From positions 124,001 to 188,000 of IMG/VR virus record IMGVR_UViG_3300044680_000280: 64,000 nucleotides of DNA, one strand, 5' to 3'. A program made the translations under genes and the position numbers. This document shows positions 9,224-17,663 of the stretch, one piece after another; position 1 is the first letter of the stretch; every line of letters starts with the position of its first letter. Below the pieces are notes generated by a model. That model saw only the letters and a program-made list of their open reading frames with translations. It was not told where the DNA came from and searched no databases.

Positions 9224-10576
9224 TTAGTACTCGATATTCGCCCAAACGGGCTGGCGACCGCGGAGCTGACGATCCTCTGGGATCTCTGGCTTGTCCGTGA
9301 TCTGATTGTCTGCTTCATACTCCGGCCCGTTGGGCATGAACTCAACGGCTGGAAACCGCAGATTATCGAGCGGGACACGGTACCGAATGTCCTTCTCATC
9401 AAAATGACCGACGTTGAAGTGCTGCTGCAAGAGCATGCCCCGATTGGTCGGCATCCGAACGCCGCCTATCGTGTACCGCTCCCCATTGATCTTCACAATG
9501 AAATCCCGTTGAGATAGGAGCGGGCTAGGTCCTGTCCAAGTCTCATAGGTGTGCGTCACCGTGCGGCCTAGGTCCTTTTGGGAGATGGTCTTTTCCGAGT
9601 CGTCGGGGGCGATGATGATATCGTACGGACCATCGTAACCCCCAATGAAACCGGTACCATAGCAAAGTGGGTCGTCATTAATCGGCTGCTTATGCACATC
9701 GTCAGGAATGCACGGGCATGGGACACCCACCTGTTTGCGGAGAAACACCTTGACGCGCTCCCCGCCCTGCTCGAGAATCCAACGGTTACGCCGAACGGCT
9801 TCCCGCCACATGTAGTCCATTTTCTCGAGCTCGTACGAGTTCGTCATCGTAGCCGCCTCGAGCGGGGTCTCCATGAGGTCGTTGCACTGAACCGTCGTCA
9901 GACTGTTGTTCACCGGAATGCCGACTGTCGTAAAACGCCAGAAAACCCGCTGAACAAGGTCCGTTCGCAAAAGGGCTTTCGTGTATCGATAGGTACACGT
10001 AACCTTGCTCGTTGCCGTGGGAACAACCGTAGGTAGGTAATTCTGCTTGGAGGGATCCGGATACCGTCGAATGTCGATCTCAACCTCACCCGTTTGCCCG
10101 ATGACCGAGAGAACTGGAACCTCGGTTCCGTCAACAAAGACTTGAACGTCTAGCGGGGAGTTCGCGTAGGTCATCTGAGAACCCGGCTTGACGATGGGAT
10201 GGCGAAGCGTCCTGAAAACGTACCTGGGGTGATAAAGTCCCGCGCCCTCGTCCCCAAAAGTCACCCAACTGTTCGACACGTCCTCATCGGGAACGAGTAC
10301 GTTGTCCGTCACATCCCTCCAGTAACCGGAACCTACGGGGTAATCCGTGATCCGTTCGAAAGGTCCAAACTCCGAATCGAACGAGCGGTAGATGTTGACC
10401 CCCAAGATTTGGAAACGGCTATTAACCGCCAAGTTTGAGGGATTGTCCCAAGTGAGATCAAAGGCGCCCGGTCGGTGAACGCTCCTCATGAAAGCGTTCA
10501 GAGGGGATGCGGGCCAGGGGGCTCGAGAGAGCTCTAGCTCAGTGATATTTCTGTCACGATTAGTGGCGTACGGCAT
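9224..10576 (-). CDS. Putative neck/head-closure protein
   Basis: About 450 aa. C-terminal half has CPC...PLCYGTGFIGGY followed by a stopper-like region (QRDFIVKINGERYTI). Confidence 0.55.
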   Translation of the reverse strand: MPYATNRDRNITELELSRAPWPASPLNAFMRSVHRPGAFDLTWDNPSNLAVNSRFQILGVNIYRSFDSEFGPFERITDYPVGSGYWRDVTDNVLVPDEDVSNSWVTFGDEGAGLYHPRYVFRTLRHPIVKPGSQMTYANSPLDVQVFVDGTEVPVLSVIGQTGEVEIDIRRYPDPSKQNYLPTVVPTATSKVTCTYRYTKALLRTDLVQRVFWRFTTVGIPVNNSLTTVQCNDLMETPLEAATMTNSYELEKMDYMWREAVRRNRWILEQGGERVKVFLRKQVGVPCPCIPDDVHKQPINDDPLCYGTGFIGGYDGPYDIIIAPDDSEKTISQKDLGRTVTHTYETWTGPSPLLSQRDFIVKINGERYTIGGVRMPTNRGMLLQQHFNVGHFDEKDIRYRVPLDNLRFPAVEFMPNGPEYEADNQITDKPEIPEDRQLRGRQPVWANIEY

Positions 10577-10614
10577 CAACGGCCCTCAAAGTAGCCGTCG
10601 AATAAGAAGAGGTG

Positions 10615-10911
10615 TCACTCCTCGGACGGAATGTCTGGCATGACCAATTCGATGACGCCCGTCGTTCCGTCAATAGTCACCTGGGTCTCTGAGGAAATCC
10701 CTCGAGCCTCGAGTTCCCGTGCGAAAAGTCGACCTTTTTCCTCATCAAGGGTTCGTGCGGCCACGATGAGGGGAATCTTCTCGAGCTCCATGTTGAGGAG
10801 GGTCTCGGCGACCTGCTGGCGACTGCCCATGATGCGGGACAGATTTCGAAGGACCTCGGGGGAGACGGGATCCTTAATGCTGAGCTTTGGTAGCTTGGGT
10901 TCAGCGGGCAT
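10615..10911 (-). CDS. Hypothetical protein (98 aa)
   Basis: ATG start, operon context. Confidence 0.6.
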   Translation of the reverse strand: MPAEPKLPKLSIKDPVSPEVLRNLSRIMGSRQQVAETLLNMELEKIPLIVAARTLDEEKGRLFARELEARGISSETQVTIDGTTGVIELVMPDIPSEE

Positions 10912-10920
10912 ACCAGTCCA

Positions 10921-11205
10921 CTACACCGTGGATGCTGAGACCTTCTCCAAAATCATAGCGAGCAACGGACCGATCTTCTCGAACTCGGTCCTCATGTCCT
11001 CCGAGACTTGTTTGAGGAGAGCAACATCCTCATTGGTCGAGGTCACAATCCGTTCGATAGAATCCAACCGACGAATGACACCGGCGAGGTCGTTGTCTAC
11101 CTCATCCACATGCCTGGTTACAAGCTCGAGTTTCGGAGCCACCGCGGCAACAACGGCGATCATAGTCTCTGAGTCTAGATTCTCGAATGTTGCTCTTGTA
11201 CCCAT
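10921..11205 (-). CDS. Hypothetical coiled-coil protein (94 aa)
   Basis: ATG overlaps the upstream TAA (TAATG coupling); heptad pattern. Confidence 0.6.
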   Translation of the reverse strand: MGTRATFENLDSETMIAVVAAVAPKLELVTRHVDEVDNDLAGVIRRLDSIERIVTSTNEDVALLKQVSEDMRTEFEKIGPLLAMILEKVSASTV

Positions 11206-12089
11206 TAGAACCCCACAAACTTTCGTGGACTCAATACACCACGTCCTGCATAGGGTCCGAAAGCGCTTCGAATACCCGTACCAAACTTAGGTTGCTGGAC
11301 ACCCTTGAGGATGTTGACGGTAGCTTTCGCCTTCTCAAGTTGCTGCGTGAAGTTCTCTTGAGCCGCCTGCTGGGCCGCCTCGTACTTCGAAGACTTGTCG
11401 AGGTTTAGGCTCACCCCGCCGATGGTATAGTCGAATTCATCGGCAACCCAATTGATACGAAGCGCCTGAAGGGCGAAGACCATCGCACCCGTCAGAAGCA
11501 AAGTGCGCCACTCAGGTTTCATCGCAACCATGGCGTCAACACTGGCAAACGGTGTCCTAGGGGGAGATGCGATGATCTCATCAAGGGACCGCTCAAGGTA
11601 TTCCTTAAGTTCGTTATTTTCCCAAATGAAGCCGAAGACTCGGCTAAACTGAGATATGGTCTCTTCGTGGGTCGGCGGACGAAAATGGTAATTGCGGTCA
11701 GGAGAGTTTGACACAAGCATACCAGACTTCTGAAGGATGAAATTGTGCCAACCTTCTGCCGTGAGATCATACATGTAGCGACGAGAAGAAAGTCTCTCTG
11801 TAGATAGAACCCGAACTGATGAAGAAGCACCGGCAACGACCGTTTGGGGACTCAGTGACTCCACCTCAGTCTTGAGTTTCGGGGTAAGAAACACACGATG
11901 ACCACCAGTCAGGACAGACGAGCCTTTCGTTGTATGTACCCTAAAAATAGGCTCTGACTCGACCTCTGCGCGCTGTACTTGGAGAACTCGCTTCCACTCC
12001 TGCACCCCGTTCGGGGACACGGATCGAACTCGCAAGGTCCCCGTGTAGAATGCGGACTTGATTCTCTCACTTTGCTGGGGAGTTAACAT
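11205..12089 (-). CDS. Split-intein C-precursor: IntC (aa 1-128) plus 166-aa C-extein of a probable head-tail adaptor/neck protein
   Basis: Block B VLTGGHRVF, block F MYDLTAEGWHNF, block G GMLVSN|S(+1). No block A. Has its own SD (AAAGGA, 5 nt before ATG). Confidence 0.88.
   Translation of the reverse strand: MLTPQQSERIKSAFYTGTLRVRSVSPNGVQEWKRVLQVQRAEVESEPIFRVHTTKGSSVLTGGHRVFLTPKLKTEVESLSPQTVVAGASSSVRVLSTERLSSRRYMYDLTAEGWHNFILQKSGMLVSNSPDRNYHFRPPTHEETISQFSRVFGFIWENNELKEYLERSLDEIIASPPRTPFASVDAMVAMKPEWRTLLLTGAMVFALQALRINWVADEFDYTIGGVSLNLDKSSKYEAAQQAAQENFTQQLEKAKATVNILKGVQQPKFGTGIRSAFGPYAGRGVLSPRKFVGF
11706..12089 (-). mobile_element. IntC fragment of an atypically split intein (128 aa)
   Basis: HINT blocks B, F and G; terminal Asn followed by Ser+1; penultimate Ser instead of His; no Cys in the fragment. 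Confidence 0.85.
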
Positions 12090-12345
12090 CGAAGTCCTTT
12101 TCCGTCCAGATCAAAAAGTCCCACCCCATACTGGCCGCATAGGAAGAAGCTGCCTCAAGTCGACGCTGCACGTTATGGTCCGTTGGGAGAGACAGCACCC
12201 AACTTGCTTTAACTTCAATGAGAGCAACGGTTCCATCCTGATGTGTCACAACAAAGTCTGGAAGCATCCAGCGACCGTCCGGAAGTTCTATTCGCGGTTC
12301 GAATACGTACTCTCTAACGGAGGGGTCCTGGTCTAATAAGGACAC
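12067..12345 (-). CDS. TnsA-N-like PD-(D/E)XK endonuclease (92 aa, possibly N-truncated)
   Basis: LLDQDPSVREYVFEP...LPDFVV...LIEVK...GWDFLIWTE matches the TnsA N-terminal / T4 gp4-like nuclease pattern. GTG start, no clear SD. Confidence 0.75.
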   Translation of the reverse strand: MSLLDQDPSVREYVFEPRIELPDGRWMLPDFVVTHQDGTVALIEVKASWVLSLPTDHNVQRRLEAASSYAASMGWDFLIWTEKDFDVNSPAK

Positions 12346-12362
12346 AACGACAAGGGATCAGT

Positions 12363-12860
12363 TCAGGATGTGCCGTGAATGGCTTCGTATAGGTCACGGA
12401 TAGATACTACCATATTCTCCCCACTCACGTCAACTTCTATCGTCTCCTCTTCACCTACACAATTGTCCCTAAGTAGAATACGGAGTCTCCGACCCATGTC
12501 CTGCTCCGCGGACGTTAGGGTCGGTTCAATCGAATCCGGGTTGACCTTGTCAATAACCGAAAAGTTCATGAGCACTTGCTGAATGGGCGCCCCCGGCATT
12601 TCACGAAACGTCCAGCGAATGCGATATTCTCCTAGATTTGCGTCCAAAGGAACGATAATGCTCGCAAAGTACTCCCCTAGCGATGGGTTGACGGGCTGAC
12701 GACGCGGAGCCCCAACGAGAACTTCGCGTCCCGTCGTAAAGTCGTAGAGAGCGTAGCTAATCTCGGCAGCGTTCTCGGGGGTTCCGTTGACGTTGTCGAG
12801 AAAAATGCTCAAGTCGTTACGACCGAGCTGCTGTCCCTTGTAAAAAGCGCTACCGCTCAT
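12363..12860 (-). CDS. Split-intein N-precursor: 133-aa N-extein (Ig-like structural domain) plus IntN (32 aa)
   Basis: Ends ...RILLRDN|CVGEEETIEVDVSGENMVVSIRDLYEAIHGTS*, an intein block A (Cys1...I-x-DL) followed by a stop. Confidence 0.82.
   Translation of the reverse strand: MSGSAFYKGQQLGRNDLSIFLDNVNGTPENAAEISYALYDFTTGREVLVGAPRRQPVNPSLGEYFASIIVPLDANLGEYRIRWTFREMPGAPIQQVLMNFSVIDKVNPDSIEPTLTSAEQDMGRRLRILLRDNCVGEEETIEVDVSGENMVVSIRDLYEAIHGTS
12366..12461 (-). mobile_element. IntN fragment of an atypically split intein (32 aa)
   Basis: Cys1 codon at 12461-12459; block A-like sequence; acidic composition complementary to the basic start of IntC. Confidence 0.8.
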
Positions 12861-13186
12861 TTGACCTCTTCGAGATCCTCCTGTGGCACAACGTGTCGAC
12901 CGTTCTTCTCGAGCTGTACATAGAACTTTCCAAACGGAATGTATTTCTCGATGGTACCCACGTCTCCGTGCCAGTGAGTTAAACCGTGAGAGGGCAGAAC
13001 CCTTACCCTCGTGCCTGGCTTCAGGCTAGACGGCACGCTCGCAACGCGAGCGACAACCTTCTTGACAATGAGGGCGTCCTGAAAATCTCGAAGTTCTCGA
13101 CTCATGGCCGTCTTTCCTTGGGACTTCCTCTTACTGGGAAGCCAATCCTCGTTTTCTGCGTCTAGGTGTATCTCAAGCTTGGCCAT
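12857..13186 (-). CDS. Small protein with C-terminal SH3/KOW-like domain (109 aa)
   Basis: Likely ATG at 13186 coupled to the ART stop (TAATG); LKPGTRVRV...GDVGTIEKY...FYVQL is an SH3-like barrel pattern. Confidence 0.6.
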   Translation of the reverse strand: MAKLEIHLDAENEDWLPSKRKSQGKTAMSRELRDFQDALIVKKVVARVASVPSSLKPGTRVRVLPSHGLTHWHGDVGTIEKYIPFGKFYVQLEKNGRHVVPQEDLEEVK

Positions 13187-14415
13187 TACTTCTTCTTTCC
13201 ACCACGTCCAACACACTTACCGTGTATGGCTGAAGCTCCCATCACAACCATCTCAGCCTCACCAGTATAATCTGTATTCGTTTTGGCTTTTGGGTTTGCA
13301 TCGGATCCCATGATCGGGGTCGTCAGATAGGACCAAAAGATATTTTCCACGGGAACCTTCATTTTGAAGGCGGTTCCAAAGCCGGTAGCTTGAGACGGGT
13401 CCGAGGAAAAGCTTGAAAGTTCCCTTGTCTTCACCACGAGGTCATCCCCCGGCTGAGCCTTATCGGCACCTTGCCCATTGACTCCCCTGAACAAGGTGAG
13501 TTCCTTCAATCCAAGATGCTTAAAAACAGCACGGTTGAATTTCAGAATCTCGTGGGCGTACTCTTTCATTGCTTGGTCCTTGGCACCCCTGGCCCGACCC
13601 TCTTTGGCGTCCGCCTCTTCCTTGGGAAGAGTGTAGCCCTCAACCCCGAGACTGCTCATGAGCCCATTGATCTCATCGGAGGGTGGTTGACCAGAAGAGT
13701 CCGTCCAGTCCATGACCAACCCATTATGGACCTTGTTCAACTTGGAATTGGACTTCAAATGCTTTTCAAAGTACTCCCCGATCATGTACCCGTTGACGTG
13801 GAGTAGCTTCTCAGCTTCAGACAACTGAGAGAAAGCCTCCTTAGCGACGGAGGGGGTGTCCTTGTCAGACCTGGCACCGAATTTCTTCTCGTATTCGGCA
13901 ACACCCTTCTTCATCTTCCCAATCACCTCATCCAAAGCCGCCTTGTGTTTGGAAAGGGTCTCATCTACTTCCTTGTCCGTAACGATGAGTTCCCCTTTTG
14001 GGGACATTCCAACAGACTTCTTGCTCTCCGTCCTTTTGCCATTGGACTTCGAAGGTTCGGTCTTGGGCTTCGAATCCGTGGACTTATCGGACTCTTCCTT
14101 AGGGGCTTCTCGAGGTATGGGGTCCCTCTTCTCAGGATTCTTCTTGGCCCACTCGTGGTACTCTTTGAGGGCCTTCCGAAAAACGTCTTTATCCTTGAGC
14201 GCCGTCGTAAAGGAGACATCCTTGAAACGGTCTCTGGTTTCTGGATTCGGATTGGGAACCTTTTCCGATCCGCCCTGATGGACCTTATCTAGCCACTCTT
14301 TCCACCGAGGCGGTACCCCACCCTTAGATGGATCCTCTTCCTGAGCGTCCGCGGTGCGGCCCAAGAATCGGGTCATAACTCTCAGAGCAATAGGGTTCAT
14401 TCGACTCAATCCCAT
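13186..14415 (-). CDS. ADP-ribosyltransferase-domain protein (R-S-E class)
   Basis: C-terminal TLFRGV (R), LSSFSSDP (SxS), GEAEMVV (ExE) in canonical order; charged low-complexity N-terminal half. Confidence 0.78.
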   Translation of the reverse strand: MGLSRMNPIALRVMTRFLGRTADAQEEDPSKGGVPPRWKEWLDKVHQGGSEKVPNPNPETRDRFKDVSFTTALKDKDVFRKALKEYHEWAKKNPEKRDPIPREAPKEESDKSTDSKPKTEPSKSNGKRTESKKSVGMSPKGELIVTDKEVDETLSKHKAALDEVIGKMKKGVAEYEKKFGARSDKDTPSVAKEAFSQLSEAEKLLHVNGYMIGEYFEKHLKSNSKLNKVHNGLVMDWTDSSGQPPSDEINGLMSSLGVEGYTLPKEEADAKEGRARGAKDQAMKEYAHEILKFNRAVFKHLGLKELTLFRGVNGQGADKAQPGDDLVVKTRELSSFSSDPSQATGFGTAFKMKVPVENIFWSYLTTPIMGSDANPKAKTNTDYTGEAEMVVMGASAIHGKCVGRGGKKK

Positions 14416-15803
14416 CCGTACTTAACTACCCGACAGGTCGGATCCCCTGGAATCGGTTTGGTCACGGCATCAACGACCTGAAACGGAAAATCTACCGTAG
14501 TGGGGGCACCCTGAAAGGTCACCTGATAGGACCACCTTATGAGCCAATTACCGGGTTGACCGTTCTCCCCCGACGTTCCCGTAGCGTAGTAAAGCCCCAC
14601 CTTCTGCATAACGGGGGACTTTGCGAATGGACCCGTCTGCATAATGAGCTGACCCCGAACCTGGTACATCGTGTAGCTCACGTTGTACGGAGAAATGGGA
14701 TTTCGAGAACGATCGAAGAGGCAGAGCATAAGATCCCCCCTCGTGAACATGTACCCCCAGCGAAACTGCTTGGTCAGACATGGATTGGTCTGAACATTCC
14801 CACCATCATCGGGGCACTTGCATCCGCCCCCGTGTGGATGGTATTCATCGTTACCGCCGCCACAATTACCGCTGTACGGATAACTGCCCTGACCGTACGG
14901 ATAATTTCCACCGCCCCCACAATCCCTACCCCGTCCAGGAGATAGTAATCGCCATCCCTCTTTGCGCTCCCAAATGTCTAGGTTCGTGTGACCGCACAAC
15001 CTCAACTGAGACCGCTCCCAGTTGTCAGGTAGCGTAGGTTCAGGGTTAGAACTGATGGGTGGGCAGACCGTAGTGACAAGAAGGAACGCGGCGCCACCAC
15101 CCTCTCCGAAGATCGGCATAGGAGCTGAATCCGCTGTCGTTGCAAATCCCAACGCTGAGCCACTCAAAAAATCGTAGGTGAAGAAGTTGGGCTCAGAGAC
15201 CGTAGCACCACCCGACGTAGATCCAGAGAGTAGAACTGCAATGTTGTCGAGAACGGTCGCCATGCCCCCGTCCCGCCCCGAAACGAGGGCAAGAAGATGG
15301 GGCACGGGTGTCGATAGGGTAGCAACCCCTCCGTCTCGACCAGTCTCACGGTAGACCGTATGCGGGGGAATAACTCCAGTGGCAACAATGACCGCCGAAC
15401 CGGCCAAGAGGGCGGTCACAGTGTCCGTTCGAAACGTAGACCCTCCCTGCAACGTAAGGATGACCCCACAGTCGACTCCAGACGCGGTGAATGTTGACTC
15501 GCTTGCTATCTCCGAAGCAACGCCGTCAGACACGAACACGGATTCACCGAACATGTCGGAAACAGCACCAACGTTCACGCGAGGCGTCAACGAGGAGTTT
15601 GCTGATGGGGAGGAGGAGACGGTATATTGAGCTGAAGCGTTGAACGCAATCGTAGCGCTTCCAGACGCAACAGAACCAGCCGCATAGTGCGCCTTTGGAA
15701 TATGACCGAATGACGAAGCTCCGGCCAGGTCCGTCGCTACGAAGTACCTCTCCGTGACAAACGAATCCGCGACGATATTCGCACTAGCGGACATCAGAGG
15801 CAT
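14406..15803 (-). CDS. Virion structural protein (465 aa) with C-terminal Ig-like domain
   Basis: Ala/Ser/Thr-rich N-terminus, Gly/Cys-rich linker, and a C-terminal domain resembling the N-extein at 12462-12860. Confidence 0.6.
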   Translation of the reverse strand: MPLMSASANIVADSFVTERYFVATDLAGASSFGHIPKAHYAAGSVASGSATIAFNASAQYTVSSSPSANSSLTPRVNVGAVSDMFGESVFVSDGVASEIASESTFTASGVDCGVILTLQGGSTFRTDTVTALLAGSAVIVATGVIPPHTVYRETGRDGGVATLSTPVPHLLALVSGRDGGMATVLDNIAVLLSGSTSGGATVSEPNFFTYDFLSGSALGFATTADSAPMPIFGEGGGAAFLLVTTVCPPISSNPEPTLPDNWERSQLRLCGHTNLDIWERKEGWRLLSPGRGRDCGGGGNYPYGQGSYPYSGNCGGGNDEYHPHGGGCKCPDDGGNVQTNPCLTKQFRWGYMFTRGDLMLCLFDRSRNPISPYNVSYTMYQVRGQLIMQTGPFAKSPVMQKVGLYYATGTSGENGQPGNWLIRWSYQVTFQGAPTTVDFPFQVVDAVTKPIPGDPTCRVVKYGWD

Positions 15804-15806
15804 AGA

Positions 15807-16190
15807 TTAGGCCTCAGTGATTTGCAACTGCCCCGCTGGGAAGGAAACTTGCGTAGATGCTAGAACGGTCCTCGGGGCTCCAAGGGCGCCGTAGTAGAGC
15901 AGGTTACCGCCCGACACGTTGTCCACGATACCCCATGCGACAATCGTACCCCAGGTAGCTGAAGCGGTAGGGAACAAGATGTCCGCAACGTTGGATACAA
16001 CTCCTTCACTCGCAGACGTCCAGGTAACTGCTTGACGCGCGTACGATCCACCAGAAACCTCAACACCGGCAGAAGTCGGAGTCGGAGAAGTCGTATAGAT
16101 AGCAACGTATACGGCGGGGGGCGACTCATACGAAACGTCGTTCAGCACCGCGTTGAGCATAACGTTGTCGAGGTACTGGCTCTTGGGCAT
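15807..16190 (-). CDS. Small tail-fibre-associated protein, paralog of 16878-17270
   Basis: YLDNVMLNAVL...VYVAIYTT...EVSGGSYARQAVTW pattern seen in phage minor tail proteins. Confidence 0.65.
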   Translation of the reverse strand: MPKSQYLDNVMLNAVLNDVSYESPPAVYVAIYTTSPTPTSAGVEVSGGSYARQAVTWTSASEGVVSNVADILFPTASATWGTIVAWGIVDNVSGGNLLYYGALGAPRTVLASTQVSFPAGQLQITEA

Positions 16191-16235
16191 AACGTGGACT
16201 CCTACCTCAGTCGAAAAGACAAGAGCTTTAGAGGG

Positions 16236-16640
16236 CTATTGGCAGCCCGGCTTGTTGAAAGACGAGGAGAGCCCACCAGGGGGTCCTGAGGACGGGAGTT
16301 CCGTGACATCGTAGTCCTGAGCCGCAATTTGCGTCCCTGACGGATAGATGATCAGAAGCCGCCAGTACCCCACCGCATTCGGCATGAACCGTACGTTGTA
16401 ATACCCTGGAGCCCCTGGAATCTCGTTCCAATAAACTTTACCGGAGGCGATTTGGGAGTCTGTAACCCCAGAACCGCTGGTCAAAACCCAAGGTTGAGGA
16501 ACGTTGTTAAAAAAGAGGGCATCCTGAATTTGCAGGATCGTAAGCCCAGTAACGCGAGTGTACCCGTCGGGCTGAAAGAAGTCCGCCTGGTCGCGAACAA
16601 GCTCATTATTGTATACTACGCGCCCGCGTGTGGTAGCCAT
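16236..16640 (-). CDS. Hypothetical Ig-like structural protein (134 aa)
   Basis: Beta-rich; GYYNVRFMPNAVGYWRL. Confidence 0.6.
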   Translation of the reverse strand: MATTRGRVVYNNELVRDQADFFQPDGYTRVTGLTILQIQDALFFNNVPQPWVLTSGSGVTDSQIASGKVYWNEIPGAPGYYNVRFMPNAVGYWRLLIIYPSGTQIAAQDYDVTELPSSGPPGGLSSSFNKPGCQ

Positions 16641-16643
16641 CCG

Positions 16644-16814
16644 TCACCTCTTGTACGGACGAAGTACAACCACTTCCTCACCTGTTGGTGTTTTCCCTGG
16701 GAGTAGCTCAGCGGGTAAGTCCTTTCGAATACTCGACCTAGCCGAATACGAGGCTCCTGCCAAACCGCCGGTTCGGGCATCCGAAGTAAGGATGGCGGAA
16801 ACGCGATGTTCCAT
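16644..16814 (-). CDS. Small hypothetical protein (56 aa)
   Basis: ATG at 16814 (MEHRVSAIL) with GGAAGGA upstream; fills the gap between neighbours. Confidence 0.45.
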   Translation of the reverse strand: MEHRVSAILTSDARTGGLAGASYSARSSIRKDLPAELLPGKTPTGEEVVVLRPYKR

Positions 16815-16877
16815 CTTGTTGTCCTTCCTCCCAGAATTCGTTTGTCTCACACCCTCACTGGAAGACATTATCGGAAT

Positions 16878-17270
16878 TTATGCTTCTGTGACGCTGAGTG
16901 CACTCGCAGCGAAGGACATCGTATCGCCGATTCCGATGGTCTTGGCGGTCGTGAGGTTACCGAAGTACAGGATGTTGCCGCTCGTCGAAGCGTCGAGAAT
17001 GGCAACGGCAACGACTGAACCGACCGCCGTTGCGGCGCCGGAACCGAAGAAGCTCAGAACACCGGTGTTCGAGGTCGAACCGCCCGAAGGAGTGCTGAAG
17101 GTTGCCGCCTGGCGGGAGTAGTTCGCATCCGAAACTTCTGTGCCGCTCGTAGATGGCGTAGGGGCTGTCGTGTAGAGCGCCACGTAGACCGTCGTAGGAG
17201 AGGTGTACGAAACGTCCGTAAGGACGGCGGCGAGGACCTTATCGTCGAGGTAAATGGATTTGGCAGCCAT
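16878..17270 (-). CDS. Small tail-fibre-associated protein, paralog of 15807-16190
   Basis: YLDDKVLAAVL...VYVALYTT...EVSDANYSRQAATF; aligns end to end with its paralog. Confidence 0.65.
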   Translation of the reverse strand: MAAKSIYLDDKVLAAVLTDVSYTSPTTVYVALYTTAPTPSTSGTEVSDANYSRQAATFSTPSGGSTSNTGVLSFFGSGAATAVGSVVAVAILDASTSGNILYFGNLTTAKTIGIGDTMSFAASALSVTEA

Positions 17271-17333
17271 GAGGGGATCGCTCCTTCTGAGTCGTCTGAA
17301 TCTTGTGGGTGATAAAAGGAAACGTGATTGGAA

Positions 17334-17582
17334 TCACCCCATGTGGACCAAGGATTTGAGACTTTTGACCGCGTGCGAGTAGGGCTGCGCCGCGACCTTG
17401 CCGGTATTGTTGAACCAGGCTGCCTTCAACCCTTCGATGTCACCCACCGAAGTGTCGAACACGAAATGAACACGGTTCCCCTCACGCTCTGTACGCTTCA
17501 TTTCTAGCCCAGCTACCTGAAGGTAACTGGCCATGTACAAATCGGGTGTCCGGAACTCGTTTACGTCACTTGCTTTTTTCAT
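17334..17582 (-). CDS. DUF5659-like small protein
   Basis: TPDLYMASYL...G...VHFVF pattern, recalled rather than searched. Confidence 0.5.
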   Translation of the reverse strand: MKKASDVNEFRTPDLYMASYLQVAGLEMKRTEREGNRVHFVFDTSVGDIEGLKAAWFNNTGKVAAQPYSHAVKSLKSLVHMG

Positions 17583-17607
17583 GACCGTTCGTCCTCATCT
17601 CTATCTG

Positions 17608-17636
17608 AGATCCACCCCCATTCCGAGGGTGGATCT
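17608..17636. promoter_or_regulatory. Intergenic hairpin (10-bp stem, 9-nt loop)
   Basis: AGATCCACCC / GGGTGGATCT perfect inverted repeat downstream of the 17664 stop. Confidence 0.5.
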
Positions 17637-17663
17637 TTGGGTTGTGATTGGTATTCCTGAATA

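Noticed and set aside
12090-12365. Readthrough, frameshift, ribosomal bypass or intron joining IntN and IntC into one chain: they share a frame 276 nt apart, with ACA-TCC before the stop and ACT-TCG before the ATG
   Set aside because: That frame has five stops in the gap. The nuclease frame has its own TGA at 12358-12360. No intron core is visible, 270 nt far exceeds the 50-nt T4 gene 60 hop, and IntC has its own SD. Trans-splicing is simpler.
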